DNA of 64,000 nucleotides. It comes from Eledone cirrhosa. Taxonomy: Eukaryota. Positions 42,201 to 55,233 of this stretch are shown piece by piece. Under the pieces are notes generated by a model. The model worked only from the letters and a program-made list of their open reading frames with translations. It did not search any database and was not told the origin of the DNA. The stretch covers positions 155,930,001 through 155,994,000 of the forward strand of contig OZ024740.1 of NCBI GenBank assembly GCA_964016885.1. Direction: 5' to 3'. How positions within the stretch are numbered: the first letter of the stretch is position 1; each line of letters begins with the position of its first letter. Both the position numbers and the translations under genes were made by a program.

Positions 42201-45200
42201 CTATACATATAGAGTAGTCAGGGTGATACTATACATATTGACTAGTCAGGGTGATACTATACATATAGAGTAGTCAGTGTGATACTATACATATAGTGTA
42301 GTCAGTGTGATATTATACGTATAGTGTAGTCAGTGTGATACTATACGTATAGTGTAGTCAGTGTGATACTATACATATAGTGAAGTCAGTGTGATACTAT
42401 ATATATAGAGTAGTCAGGGTGATACTATATATATACTGTAGTCAGTGTGATACTACACGTATGGTGTAGTCAGGGTGATACTATACATATAGTGTAGTCA
42501 GTGTGACACTATACATATAGTGTAGTCAGGGTGATACTATACGTATAGTGTAGTCAGGGTGATACTATATATATACCGTAGTCGGTGTGATACTATACGT
42601 ATAGTGTAGTCAGGGTGATACTATACATATAGTGTAGTCAGTGTGATACTATACATATAGTGTAGTCAGGGTGATACTATACGTATAGTGTAGTCAAGGT
42701 GATACTATACATATAGTGTAGACAGTGTGTTACTATACATATAGTGTAGTCAGGGTGATACTATACATATAGTGTAGTCAGTGTGATACTATACATATAG
42801 TGAAGACAGTGTGATACTATATATATAGAGTAGTCAGGGTGATACTATATATATACTGTAGTCAGTGTGATACTACACGTATGGTGTAGTCAGGGTGATA
42901 CTATACATATAGTGTAGTCAGTGTGACACTATACATATAGTGTAGTCAGTGTGATACTATACATATAGTGTAGTCAGTGTGATACTCTACGTATAGTGTA
43001 GTCAGTGTGATACTATACATATAGTGTAGTCAGTGTGATACTATACATATAGTGTAGTCAGTGTGATACTATACATATAGTGTAGTCAGAGTGATACTAT
43101 ACATATAGTGTAGTCAGAGTGATACTATACATATAGTGTAGTCAGAGTGATACTATACATATAGTGTAGTCAGTGTGATACTATACATAAAGTGTAGTCA
43201 GGGTGATACTATACATATAGTGTAGTCGGGGTGATACTATACATATAGTGTAGTCATTGTAATATTATACGTATAGTGTACTCTGGGTGATACTATACAT
43301 ATACTGTAGTCAGGGTGATACTATACATATAGTGTAGTCAGTGTGATACTATACATATTGTGTAGTCAGGGTGATACTATACATATAGTGAAGTCAGGGT
43401 GATACTATACATATAGTGTAGTCAGAGTGATTCTATACATATAGTGTAGTCGGGGTGATACTACACATATAGTGTAGTTAGTGTGATACTATATGTATAG
43501 TGTAGTCAGTGTGATACTATACGTGTAGTGTAGTCGGGCTGATATAATACGTATAGTGTAGTCAGTGTGATACTATACATATAGTGTAGTCAGTGTGATA
43601 CTATACATATAGTGTAGTCAGGGTGATACTATACATATAGTGTAGTCAGGGTGATACTATACGTATAGTGTAATCAGCGTGATACTATACATATAGTGTA
43701 GTCAGTGTGATACTATACATATAGTGTAGTCAGGGAGATACTATACATATAGTGTAATTAGTGTGATAATATACATATAGTGTAGTCGGTGTGATAATAT
43801 ATATATAGAGTAGTCAGTGTGATACTATATATATAGTGTAGTCAGTGTGATACTATACATATAGTGTAGTCAGGGTGATACTATACATATAGTGTAGTCA
43901 GGGTGATTCTATACTTATAGTGTAGTCAGTGTAATACTATACATATAATGTAGGCATGGTGATACTATACATATAGTGTAGTCAGGGTGATACTATACGT
44001 ATAGTGTAGTCGGGGTGATTCTATACATATAGTGTAGTCAGTGTGATACTATAAATATAGTGTAGTCGGTGTGATACTATACATATAGTGTAGGCAGGAT
44101 GATACTATACATATAGTGTAGTCAGTGTGATACTATACATATAGTGTAGTCAGTGTGATACTATAAATATAGTGTAGTCGGTGTGATACTATACATAGAG
44201 TGTAGTCGGGTTGATAATATACAATATAGTCGGGGTGATACTATACATATAGTGTAGTCGGTGTTATACTATACGTATCGTATAGTCGGTTGATACTATA
44301 CATATAGTGTAGTCAGTATGATACTATACATATAGTGTAGTCAGAGTGATGCTATACATATAGTGTAGTCAGTGTGATACTATACATATAGTGTAGTCAG
44401 AGTGATGCTATACATATAGTGTAGTCAGTATGATACTATACATATAGTGTAGTCAGTGTGATACTATACATATAGTGTAGTCAGGGTGATACTATACATA
44501 TAGTGTAGTCAGCGTGATACTATACATATAGTGTAGTCAGTGTGATACTATACATATAGTGTAGTCAGGGTGATACTATACATATAGTGTAGTCAGAGTG
44601 AAACTATACATATAGTGTAGTCAGTGTGATACTCGACATATATTGTAGTCGGTGTGATACTATACATATAGTGTAGTCAGGGTGATACTATACGTATAGT
44701 GTAGTCAGTGTGATACTATACATATAGTGTAGTCAGGGTGATACTATACATTTAGTGTAGTCTGTATGATACTATACGTATAGTGTAGTCAGTGTGATAC
44801 TATACGTATAGTGTAGTCAGTGTGATACTATACGTATAGTGTAGTCAGTGTGATACTATACATATAGTGTAGTCAGGGTGATACTATACATTTAGTGTAG
44901 TCTGTATGATACTATACATATAGTGTAGTCAGTGTGATACTATATCTATAGTGTAGTCAGTGTGATACTATACGTATAGTGTAGTCAGTGTGATACTATA
45001 CATATAGTGTAGTCAGGGTGATACTATACATTTAGTGTAGTCTGTATGATACTACACGTATAGTGTAGTCAGTATGATACTATACATATAGTGTAGTCAG
45101 TGTGATACTATACATATTGTGTAGTCAGGGTGATACTATACATATAGTGTAGTCAGTGTGATACTCTACGTATAGTGTAGTCAGTGTGATACTATAAATA

Positions 45201-47626
45201 TAGTGTAGTCGGTGTGATACTATACGTATAGTGTAGTCAGTATGATACTATACATATAGTGTAGTCGGTGTGATACTATACATTTAGTGTAGTCTGTATG
45301 ATACTATACATATAGTGTAGTCAGGGTGATACTATACATATAGTGTAGTTAGGGTGATTCTATACTTATAGTGTAGTCAGTGTGATGCTATAAATATAGT
45401 GTAGTCAGGGTGATACTATACGTATAGTGTAGTCAGTGTGATACTATACATATAGTGTAGTCAGTGTGATACTATACATATAGTGTAGTCAGTGTGATAC
45501 TCTACGTATAGTGTAGTCAGTGTGATACTATACATATAGTGTAGTCGGTGTGATACTATACATATAGTGTAGTCAGTGTGATACTATAAATATAGTGTAG
45601 TCGGTGTGATACTATACGTATAGTGTAGTCAGTATGATACTATACATTTAGTGTAGTCAGGGTGATACTATACATATAGTGTAGTCAGTGTGATACTATA
45701 CAGATAATGTAGTCGGTGTGATACTATACATATAGTGTAGTCAGTGTGATACTATACATATAGTGTAGTCAGTGTGATACTATACATATAGTGTAGTCGG
45801 TGTGATACTATACATATAGTGTAGTCGGTGTGATACTATACATATAGTGTAGTCAGTGTGATACTATACATATAGTGTAGTCAGTGTGATACTATATTTA
45901 TAGTGTAGTCAGTGTGATACTATACATATAGTGTAGTCAGTGTGATACTATACGTATAGTGTAGTCAGTGTGATACTATACATATAGTGTAGTCGGTGTG
46001 ATACTACACGTATAGTGTAGTCAGGGTGATACTATACATATAGTGTAGTCAGTGTTATGCTATACATATAATGTACTCAAGGTGATACTATACATATAGT
46101 GTAGTCAGTGTGATACTATACGTATAGTGTAGTCAGTGTGATACTATACGTATAGTGTAGTCAGTGTGATACTATACGTATAGTGTAGTCAGGGTGATAC
46201 TATACGTATAGTGTAGTCAGTGTGATACTATACGTATAGTGTAGTCAGTGTGATACTATACGTATAGTGTAGTCAGTGTGATACTATACATATAGTGTAG
46301 TCAGTGTGATACTATACGTATAGTGTAGTCAGTGTGATACTATACGTATAGTGTAGTCTGTGTGATACTATACATATAGTGTAGTCAGTGTGATACTATA
46401 CGTATAGTGTAGTCAGTGTGATACTATACATATAGTGCAGTCGGTGTGATACTATACGTATAGTGTAGTCAGTGTGATACTATACATATAGTGTAGTCAG
46501 TGTGATACTATACGTATAGTGTAGTCAGTGTGATACTATACATATAGTGCAGTCGGTGTGATACTATACGTATAGTGTAGTCAGGGTGATACTATACATA
46601 TAGTGTAGTCAGTGTTATGCTATACATATAATGTACTCAAGGTGATACTATACATATAGTGTAGTCAGTGTGATACTATACGTATAGTGTAGTCAGGGTG
46701 ATACTACACGTATAGTGTAGTCAGTGTGATACTATACGTATAGTGTAGTCAGGGTGATACTATACATATAGTGTAGTCAGGGTGATACTATACATATAGT
46801 GTAGTCAGTGTGATACTATACATATAGTGTAGTCAGTGTGATACTATACATATAGTGTAGTCAGTGTGATACTATACATATAGTGTAGTTAATGTGATAC
46901 TATACATATAGTGTAGTCAGTGTGATACTATACATATAGTGTAGTCGGTGTGATACTATACATATAGTGTAGTCAGGGTGATACTATACATATAGTGTAG
47001 TCAGTGTGATATTATACGTATAGTGTAGTCAGTGTGATACTATACATATAGTGTAGTCAGTGTGATACTCTACGTATAGTGTAGTCAGTGTGATACTATA
47101 CATATAGTGTAGTCAGTGTGATACTATACATATAGTGTAGTCAGTGTGATACTATACGTATAGTGTAGTCAGTGTGATACTATACGGATAGTGTAGTCTG
47201 TGTGATACTATACATATAGTGTAGTCAGTGTGATACTATACGTATAGTGTAGTCAGTGTGATACTATACATATAATGTAGTCAGTGTGATACTATACATA
47301 TAGTGTAGTCAGTGTGATACTATACGGATAGTGTAGTCTGTGTGATACTATACATATAGTGTAGTCAGTGTGATACTATACGGATAGTGTAGTCAGGGTG
47401 ATACTATACATATAGTGTAGTCAGTGTGATATTATACGTATAGTGTAGTCAGTGTGATACTATACATATAGTGTAGTCTGTGTGATACTATACATATAGT
47501 GTAGTCAGTGTGATACTATACATATAGTGTAGTCAGTGTGATACTATACATATAGTGTAGTCTGTGTGATACTATACATATAGTGTAGTCAGTGTGATAC
47601 TATACGGATAGTGTAGTCAATGTGAT
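39211..47626. repeat. Satellite, 28-bp unit ATAGTGTAGTCAGTGTGATACTATACAT, about 300 copies
   Basis: Period of 28 read directly. One register shift near 44220-44290. Confidence 0.98.
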
Positions 47627-48471
47627 AAATTACGATATTTTTGTTTCTTGAGTTGAAAGTGGTGAAAGGATTGGCAGGACAGATTATGAATGCGTCTTTC
47701 TTGGTGTCCTCCCCACATAACCGATTCTGAGAGACAGTAAGAAAGAGAGAGAGAGAGAGAAGAGGGAGAGAGATAGGTGTAGAGAGAGAGAGAGAGAGAG
47801 GTGTGACTGGTACCTTATTTATCAACGCTGTAAATATGAAAGTCATAGCTAGCCTCGGCGGGATTTGAATTCAGAGATTCACTTTTTCCTCTTCTCTTGA
47901 AGAAATCTGCTGTATTCAGAACTAGATAGGAGTTGGGCTCCGCCAGGTTTTAAAATGTTCTAGAAACGCCATATGTCAATACGACAACAGGCTATCGGCT
48001 TGTGGGTGGAGCAGTATTGTAATCTGTATCACCTAGCACTTTATGAAATCGGGATAAGCTCCGATCTGACGCGACTCGAGCTCCGAGACAGACTTTAGAA
48101 ATTCTCTAAAATTAAGCTCAATCCTGTGTCAAATCCATTACGTGATTTGTTTTTATTTATAGTCGAAGTATTTTCTCTTCACTTGCAGCACGTACTCACT
48201 ATCGAGCCACTAACGCGGAAGCTGGTGCTGTCGTAGGGAAATGGAGGGGCTACGTCGAACGCTTCTGATATAGCTTTCTCACTTCTATTCTTTCAAATTT
48301 TCCTCTTCTCTGGAAGAAATCTGCTGTATTCAGAACTTGATAGGAGTTGTGCTGCGCCAGGTTTTAACATGCCCTAGAAACGCCGTATGTCAATATGGCG
48401 CCCCTACGACTCCCTCAGGAATTACGGGTCCATATATACATACAATATTAAAAACAGGATTTCAGACTTAC

Positions 48472-48589
48472 CCACGGATTCATCAGAATAGCAAAATTCG
48501 TAAGATGGTTGCATTTACATTGTGAAACTATTAAATTTGTTGAATCCAAGTAGCACCCTTCGCTGGACCAACCTCCTCCTGTCGTGTTT
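48472..48589 (-). CDS. Adhesion GPCR exon with GPS autoproteolysis site ([39 protein letters not shown])
   Basis: Canonical W-S-x-x-G-C ... C-x-C-x-H-L-T-x-F-A-x-L-M motif. AG/GTAAG borders, 118 bp, phase 2/0. Confidence 0.96.
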
Positions 48590-48719
48590 CTAATAAACAT
48601 AAATATAAAATTCGCATAAGTCTAAGACATGATGTAAAGTGTGAAAGAAGAGCGGCAAAGAAGATATATATATATATGGAAAACGAAGAATCAGTGATGC
48701 ATCGGAACTTAATTTATTA

Positions 48720-48809
48720 CGTATTACAATTGTTTCTCCGGCGAACAGCTCGAGGTGCGATCTGTTTGTGGATCGAACCTGACTCTGGTTCGCAAGTTCC
48801 TCAGATACG
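48720..48809 (-). ncRNA. Type I hammerhead with long stem II (family G, in a TA-flanked island 48678-49075)
   Basis: CGTAT-CTGAGGA-ACTT GCGAAC..AGGT.CGATC CACAAACA GATCG.ACCT..GTTCGC CGGA-GAAA-CAATTG-TA-ATACG. Confidence 0.75.
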
Positions 48810-49076
48810 TGTAGGGATTTCGAAGCAAATTCTCTTTCTACAGGGTTCCGACCTTTCGAGTCTATATCAACCGCCTTCATCCTGTTTGCGCGTCCTTAGA
48901 TTGGTCAATGGTTTGTGACGTCGTCATAGCTTTTGACCACTGAAATCTGCCCACTGGCCATCCCATACAGGCATGAGCTGTCACTCACCCCGATCCCATC
49001 TACAAAATTACTGCTGTGTGTACCTACCCTGACCCCCCACACACACATAGAGCTTGCGTGCTTGTGTTCACACATG

Positions 49077-49125
<49 letters not shown>

Positions 49126-49234
49126 AAAATGGCGTGCTGCGTGGTTGCACATGGGTTACATTTGAATAAAATTTGTCCTTCATCAGTGATCTTCCAACCT
49201 TCATTGACATTTCTTCGCTTTAAAGATCATATAC

Positions 49235-49650
49235 CTCTGGTTGGTGCGAGCAGTAACTAAAGAAAGTTATTGGGACACGTAAAATAGGGTGAAGCGAGCG
49301 AGAGATGTAAACAAACATAGATGGTTATGCAACGGAAAGAGAGGAAGAGGAGAAACAAGTCCGTGATATCTATGAACTTAAGTTCGGTGAAATCATAGAC
49401 GAGAGGTAAAGACCATCCGACCTGGGCGAGATGTGAGCGAGAAAAGGATTTCACACAGGTCAAACGGGAGGAATTGAGAGAGGGAGAGAAGCAGAGAGTG
49501 AGTGAAAAGGCGAGGAAGAGGCCAGCTGAGAGAGAGTGACTGGCTATAGCTCTGGTTGGTACGAGCAATAACAAAAAAAAAGTTATTGGGACACGTAAAT
49601 TAGGGTGAAGCGAGCGAGATATGTAAACAAACGGAGATGGTAATGCAAAA
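49235..49650. repeat. Imperfect ~100-bp direct repeats (49235 and 49551); similar pair at 47885 and 48298
   Basis: Direct reading. Confidence 0.6.
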
Positions 49651-49800
49651 ACCAGAAAAACAACAAACGTTTTAAGGCCATTTCCCCACTAAAACACGGG
49701 TTAGTATTGCGGGCCCTGTGCTAAGCTTCTCCAATGTGAGAGAAATTTGAAAGATGCAAGCTGTGCAGAAGACCATCGTGTATATATATATATATATATA

Positions 49801-50607
49801 TTAGAAATTATAAGCTTTCACAGACTAAAGAAATTTCTAGCCTGATAGTGGGGTTTATAACCCTCGGAGAAATGGAAAAAGATGAGAGTTGCAGTACATG
49901 GGAGTCGAACCCACATCTTTGGTTATCCAGACCAATGTGCTACCATTACACCAATACACATCCCGTCTCCTTCCATTCGAATTAGAAGCTATGAACTTAG
50001 CAAGTGAATGATAAACAAGCAAATTATAAATGTAAACATGTAAGTATGTTTTTGAAACGGTGCGCGAGTTTGAAAATTAGAAATTAGAAATTATAAGCTT
50101 TCACCGTATTTTAGACTAAAGAAATTTCTAGCCTGATAGTGGGGTTTATAATCCTCGGAGAAATGGAAAAAGATGAGTGCTGCTGTACATGGGAGTCGAA
50201 CCCAGATCTTTGGTTATTTGGTTAAAATACGGTGAAAGCTTATAATTTCTAATTTCTAATTTTCAAACTCGCGCACCGTTTCAAAAACATACATGTTTAC
50301 ATTTATAATTTGCTTGTTTATCATTCACTTGCTAAGTTCATAGATTCTAATTCGAATGAAAGGAGACGGGATGTGTATTGGTGTAATGGTAGCACATTGG
50401 TCTGGATAACCAAAGATGTGGGTTCGACTCCCATGTACGGCAACACTCATCTTTTTCCATTTCTCCGAGGGTTATAAACCCCACTATCAGGCTAGAAATT
50501 TCTTTAGTCTAAAATACGGTGAAAGCTTATAATTTCTAATTTCTAATTTTCAAACAAGCGCACCGTTTCAAAAACATACTTACATGTTTACATTTATAAT
50601 TTGCTTG
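49801..50607. mobile_element. Family H: tandem/fold-back 287-bp repeat containing a tRNA-like unit
   Basis: Left arm 49801-50217(-) is ~1.45 monomers and right arm 50223-50607(+) is ~1.3 monomers. (TA)n flanks. Confidence 0.85.
50372..50442 (+). tRNA. tRNA-like cloverleaf (repeat-borne, non-canonical anticodon loop CTGGATA); mirror at 49890-49960(-)
   Basis: D-arm GTGT/GCAC, anticodon stem TTGGT/ACCAA, T-arm GTGGG TTCGACT CCCAT, imperfect acceptor stem, T5 tract ~10 nt downstream. Confidence 0.65.
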
Positions 50608-50645
<38 letters not shown>

Positions 50646-50764
50646 TACACACACATATATATATATATATACACACACGCACATACATATATATATATAT
50701 ACACACATACATATATATATATATGTATATATATGTATGTATATATATATATATATATACACAC

Positions 50765-50805
<41 letters not shown>

Positions 50806-50851
50806 ATATATATATATGTATATATATACATACATATATATATACACATAC

Positions 50852-50882
<31 letters not shown>

Positions 50883-50929
50883 CATATATATATATACATA
50901 TACATATATATACACACATACATATATAT

Positions 50930-50964
<35 letters not shown>

Positions 50965-51091
50965 CAAACACACATATATATATGTATGTGTATATATATG
51001 TGTGTGTGTGTGTGTGTATGAGTGTATATATATATACATGTGTGTGTGTGTGTGCGTGTATATATGTATATGTGTGTATATATATATATAT

Positions 51092-51696
51092 TTTACTCTT
51101 TTAGCTGTTTCAGCCATCCGGCTGAGGCCATGCTGGGGCACCGCCCTTGTTGCTACACATTTTATCTCCAGCCTGTAATGGTTTGCCACTGGTGCAAGAG
51201 GGTGTTCGTTGCTGCTGCGCTTAGGTTTCCATCGTGCCTTGCTATGGGCTCATCCGGGATCCTGGATAGCAAGGTGTCGAGATGTTTCTTGAAAACATCC
51301 ACAACCACACCATGCAGATCTCTCGGATCCCTTGGCAGCTTGTTGAAGTGTTGAGGGCCCTTGAACCCCAGGCTATTGCAATATCTGCTCCTTATTCTAG
51401 ATGTGGAAGACGGGACCTTTGGCACCACACAGGGACGTCCTGTTCGGGGGTTGGTCCAGCTCCCAATGCCAAAGTTTGGTGCTAGTCTCTCCAGAATTTT
51501 CCACATGTATATCACTGCTTATCTCTCCCGTCTTCGTTCCAAGGTGTAGAGGTTCAGTTCTTTTAGCCTCTCCCAATAGCTTATCTCCTTCATCGTCTCA
51601 TTCCTCTTGGTGTAGCTTCGCTGGATTGCCTCAAGCTCCGTGGTTAGTTTGACACTATGGGGTGACCACAACTGGAAGCAATAGTCCAGGCAGCTT
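51092..51696 (-). mobile_element. CR1-group LINE 3' fragment
   Basis: [42 protein letters not shown]. Confidence 0.8.
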
Positions 51697-51698
51697 AT

Positions 51699-51803
<105 letters not shown>

Positions 51804-51806
51804 TAT

Positions 51807-52479
51807 AAATGGAATAGAATGAAACGAAATTTCATTTCTCACTCTTAGTACGGCACTTACTTAAATGTAAGTATGTATGTATACGTACATACATATATGT
51901 ATACAGACGTACAGTAGTATGTATATATATACATACATGCACACATACATATATGCACGTATCAGTTTACCGAACATTTATTATAATGCTCGGTTTGTTC
52001 GTTTGTAAACAAACAAACAGCCTGAATTACGCCGTACAGTGTTTAGGCAACCACGTCACCTTTTTGTTCAACACTGACACAGAAACGATGTACTAGTTTC
52101 AAGCTTATTAGCTATCGTCAGCACCGTATACCTTTCTGCCAGATGGTTGAACGTCCGAAAGTATATACTTTCCTTATGAAAATTAACGGCTGAGCAGCCT
52201 AATTCGCATATCGAGTGAGTTCAGTCGGCCAGGCGCACCGAAAACGATAAATGGAATAGAATGAAACGAAATTTCATTTCTCACTCTTAGTACGGCACTT
52301 ACTTAAATGTAAGTATGTATGTATTATAATAAATGTTCGGTAAACTGATACGTGCATATATGTATGTGTGCCTGTATGTATATATATACATGCTACTGTA
52401 CGTCTGTATACATACATACTTACATTTAAGTAAGTGCCGTACTAAGAGTGAGAAATGAAATTTCGTTTCATTCTATTCC

Positions 52480-52483
<4 letters not shown>
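51807..52483 (-). mobile_element. Family E repeat (period ~441 bp) plus inverted arm; hammerhead at 52086-52126(-)
   Basis: CGGTG-CTGACGA-TAGCT AATA AGCTT-GAAA-CTAG-TA-CATCG. Direct repeat at 51807 and 52248. Confidence 0.85.
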
Positions 52484-52532
<49 letters not shown>

Positions 52533-52672
52533 TAAATCTACCAAGAGTTTACGGTAGTGTCCAATCCGTATGAAGAACTCAATGTAATCCGGATATCATG
52601 GAAAGAAGAGATGCATTCAAAAATCACTTTCGGTGAAAGATAAACGAAATACAGAGTCAAGATAAAGTATGT

Positions 52673-52807
<135 letters not shown>

Positions 52808-52809
52808 AT

Positions 52810-53414
52810 AAGCCGCCTGGACTATTGCTTCCAGTTGTGGTCACCCCATAGTGTCAAACTAACCACGGAGCTTCAGGCATTCCAGCGAAGCTACACCAAG
52901 AGGAATGAGACGATGAAGGAGATAAGCTATTGGGAGAGGCTAAAAGAACTGAACCTCTACACCTTGGAACGAAGACGGGAGAGATAAGCAGTGATATACA
53001 TGTGGAAAATTCTGGAGAGACTAGCACCAAACTTTGGCATTGGGAGCTGGACCAACCCCCGAACAGGACGTCCCTGTGTGGTGCCAAAGGTCCCGTCTTC
53101 CACATCTAGAATAAGGAGCAGATATTGCAATAGCCTGGGGTTCAAGGGCCCTCAACACTTCAACAAGCTGCCAAGGGATCCGAGAGATCTGCATGGTGTG
53201 GTTGTGGATGTTTTCAAGAAACATCTCGACAACTTGCTATCCAGGATCCCGGATGAGCCCATAGCAAGGCACGATGGAAACCTAAGCGCAGCAGCAACGA
53301 ACACCCTCTTGCACCAGTGGCAAACCATTACAGGCTGGAGATAAAATGTGTAGCAACAAGGGCGGTGCCCCAGCATGGCCTCAGCCGGATGGCTGAAACA
53401 GCTAAAAGAGTAAA
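52810..53414 (+). mobile_element. CR1-group LINE 3' fragment, inverted near-identical twin of 51092-51696
   Basis: Same endpoints and almost identical sequence. Confidence 0.85.
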
Positions 53415-53451
<37 letters not shown>

Positions 53452-53499
53452 TATATACACACACACGCGCACACACACACACATGTATATATATATATA

Positions 53500-53645
<146 letters not shown>

Positions 53646-53814
53646 TATATACACATACATATATATATACATATATACATATATATGTATAGATATATAT
53701 ATGTATGTATATATATATATATATATATATACAGATAATGGTTGCCTCTCTTAAAAATAAGGGAGGCAACCATTATCTGTGTATGTTTATATATACATAT
53801 ATATATATATATAT

Positions 53815-55198
53815 ATTGTTATACTTTGGTAGTGTCATGTTGCCAATAAGAAACACACGCACCAGTTGCTTTCACTTCAATTTATTATAATAAATTTATA
53901 AATTTCTGGTTGGTTGGTTGGTTCCACAACCAGAATTACAACCAAAATTAAATAGAAAATATGAGTGGAACAGCAACATCACAACTTACAATTAAGGACA
54001 AAATGAAAACACACACACACATAGAACAAACAACCAGCCAGTAACATGTAAATAAACAAATAAATAAATGAACATAAACACACACAGACACCCGGATGTG
54101 GCGCACGCGCAGACTAAGCACACAACACACACACAGAAACAAAATGGCGTAGGACAGAACAAAGGAGAGGCACAAAAACAAAGAAAAGAATCCCCAGTCA
54201 CTGAAGAGGTCACAGAGTGTGTGACGAAAGAACTATGACAATATATAAACAACTATCTGGTTGTGGAACCAAACCAACCAACCAGAAATTTATAAATTTA
54301 TTATAATAAATTGAAGTGAAAGCAACTGGTGCGTGTGTTTCTTATTGGCAACATGACCCTCCCAAAGTATAACAATATCGGTTTCAACACACGATTTCAG
54401 ATAAAGAATCTTGCTAAACAAATTCAGAAACGAAATATCGTAAGCCTTAGCCAAGCTAACAAGATACTGAAAACCACCATGTTCTGTTGTCTACGAAAAA
54501 CCATAACATCTCGACAACTACACTTCATAAAAGAATGTGCCTCGTCCCGAGTTTACACCAACACCATCAACACCGACGTAAGAAGATTACAACTCACCAA
54601 AAAACAAGCAGATAGGCTAAAACGAACACTAATTCTAAACATAAAAAAGATCTATAGAGAATTAAGTCATCAAGAAAAACATAAGCGTAACCTAATACAA
54701 GCAATAGCTAGGATCACCACACCAAGAGAGAAACTAATATTTATAAGCCTTATACGTCCCGAAGAACAGTACATTACTCAAGAATGTGATAAGCACTTTA
54801 ACAAGAAACTAAAGTGGCTTAAGCAGATAAAGCTAAATCAGGATACTGTAGAGAATACCAATAGATATCCCGACAAAATTGACGGTATAAATATGGCCGA
54901 CACCTCATTAACAGATGAGTTCAACAACAACAACAACACAAATATATACGGCAACACGGTAATAGATGACGATGAGTTATCTGTATTACTTCTACCACCG
55001 AAATTTGCGACATTCAAGAAGGTAAATATGATTAGTTGTCTGTCAGAAATAGAAAAATCCTTTACAAAACTACGTTGGAGCCTCAAAAACAAAAACAAAA
55101 ACAAAAGTAACAATATACGCACACACATATACAACACACATCCCAACAACAACAGACACACAGACACAAACAACAATAACAACAACACACACACCACC

Positions 55199-55233
<35 letters not shown>

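Noticed and set aside
39211-47626. CRISPR-like array of 28-bp palindromic repeats
   Set aside because: Units are contiguous with no unique spacers, there are no cas genes, and the context is eukaryotic.
49150-49200. CTGATGA-AGGAC on the minus strand
   Set aside because: GAAA and the stem II partner are missing. At best a fully decayed relic.
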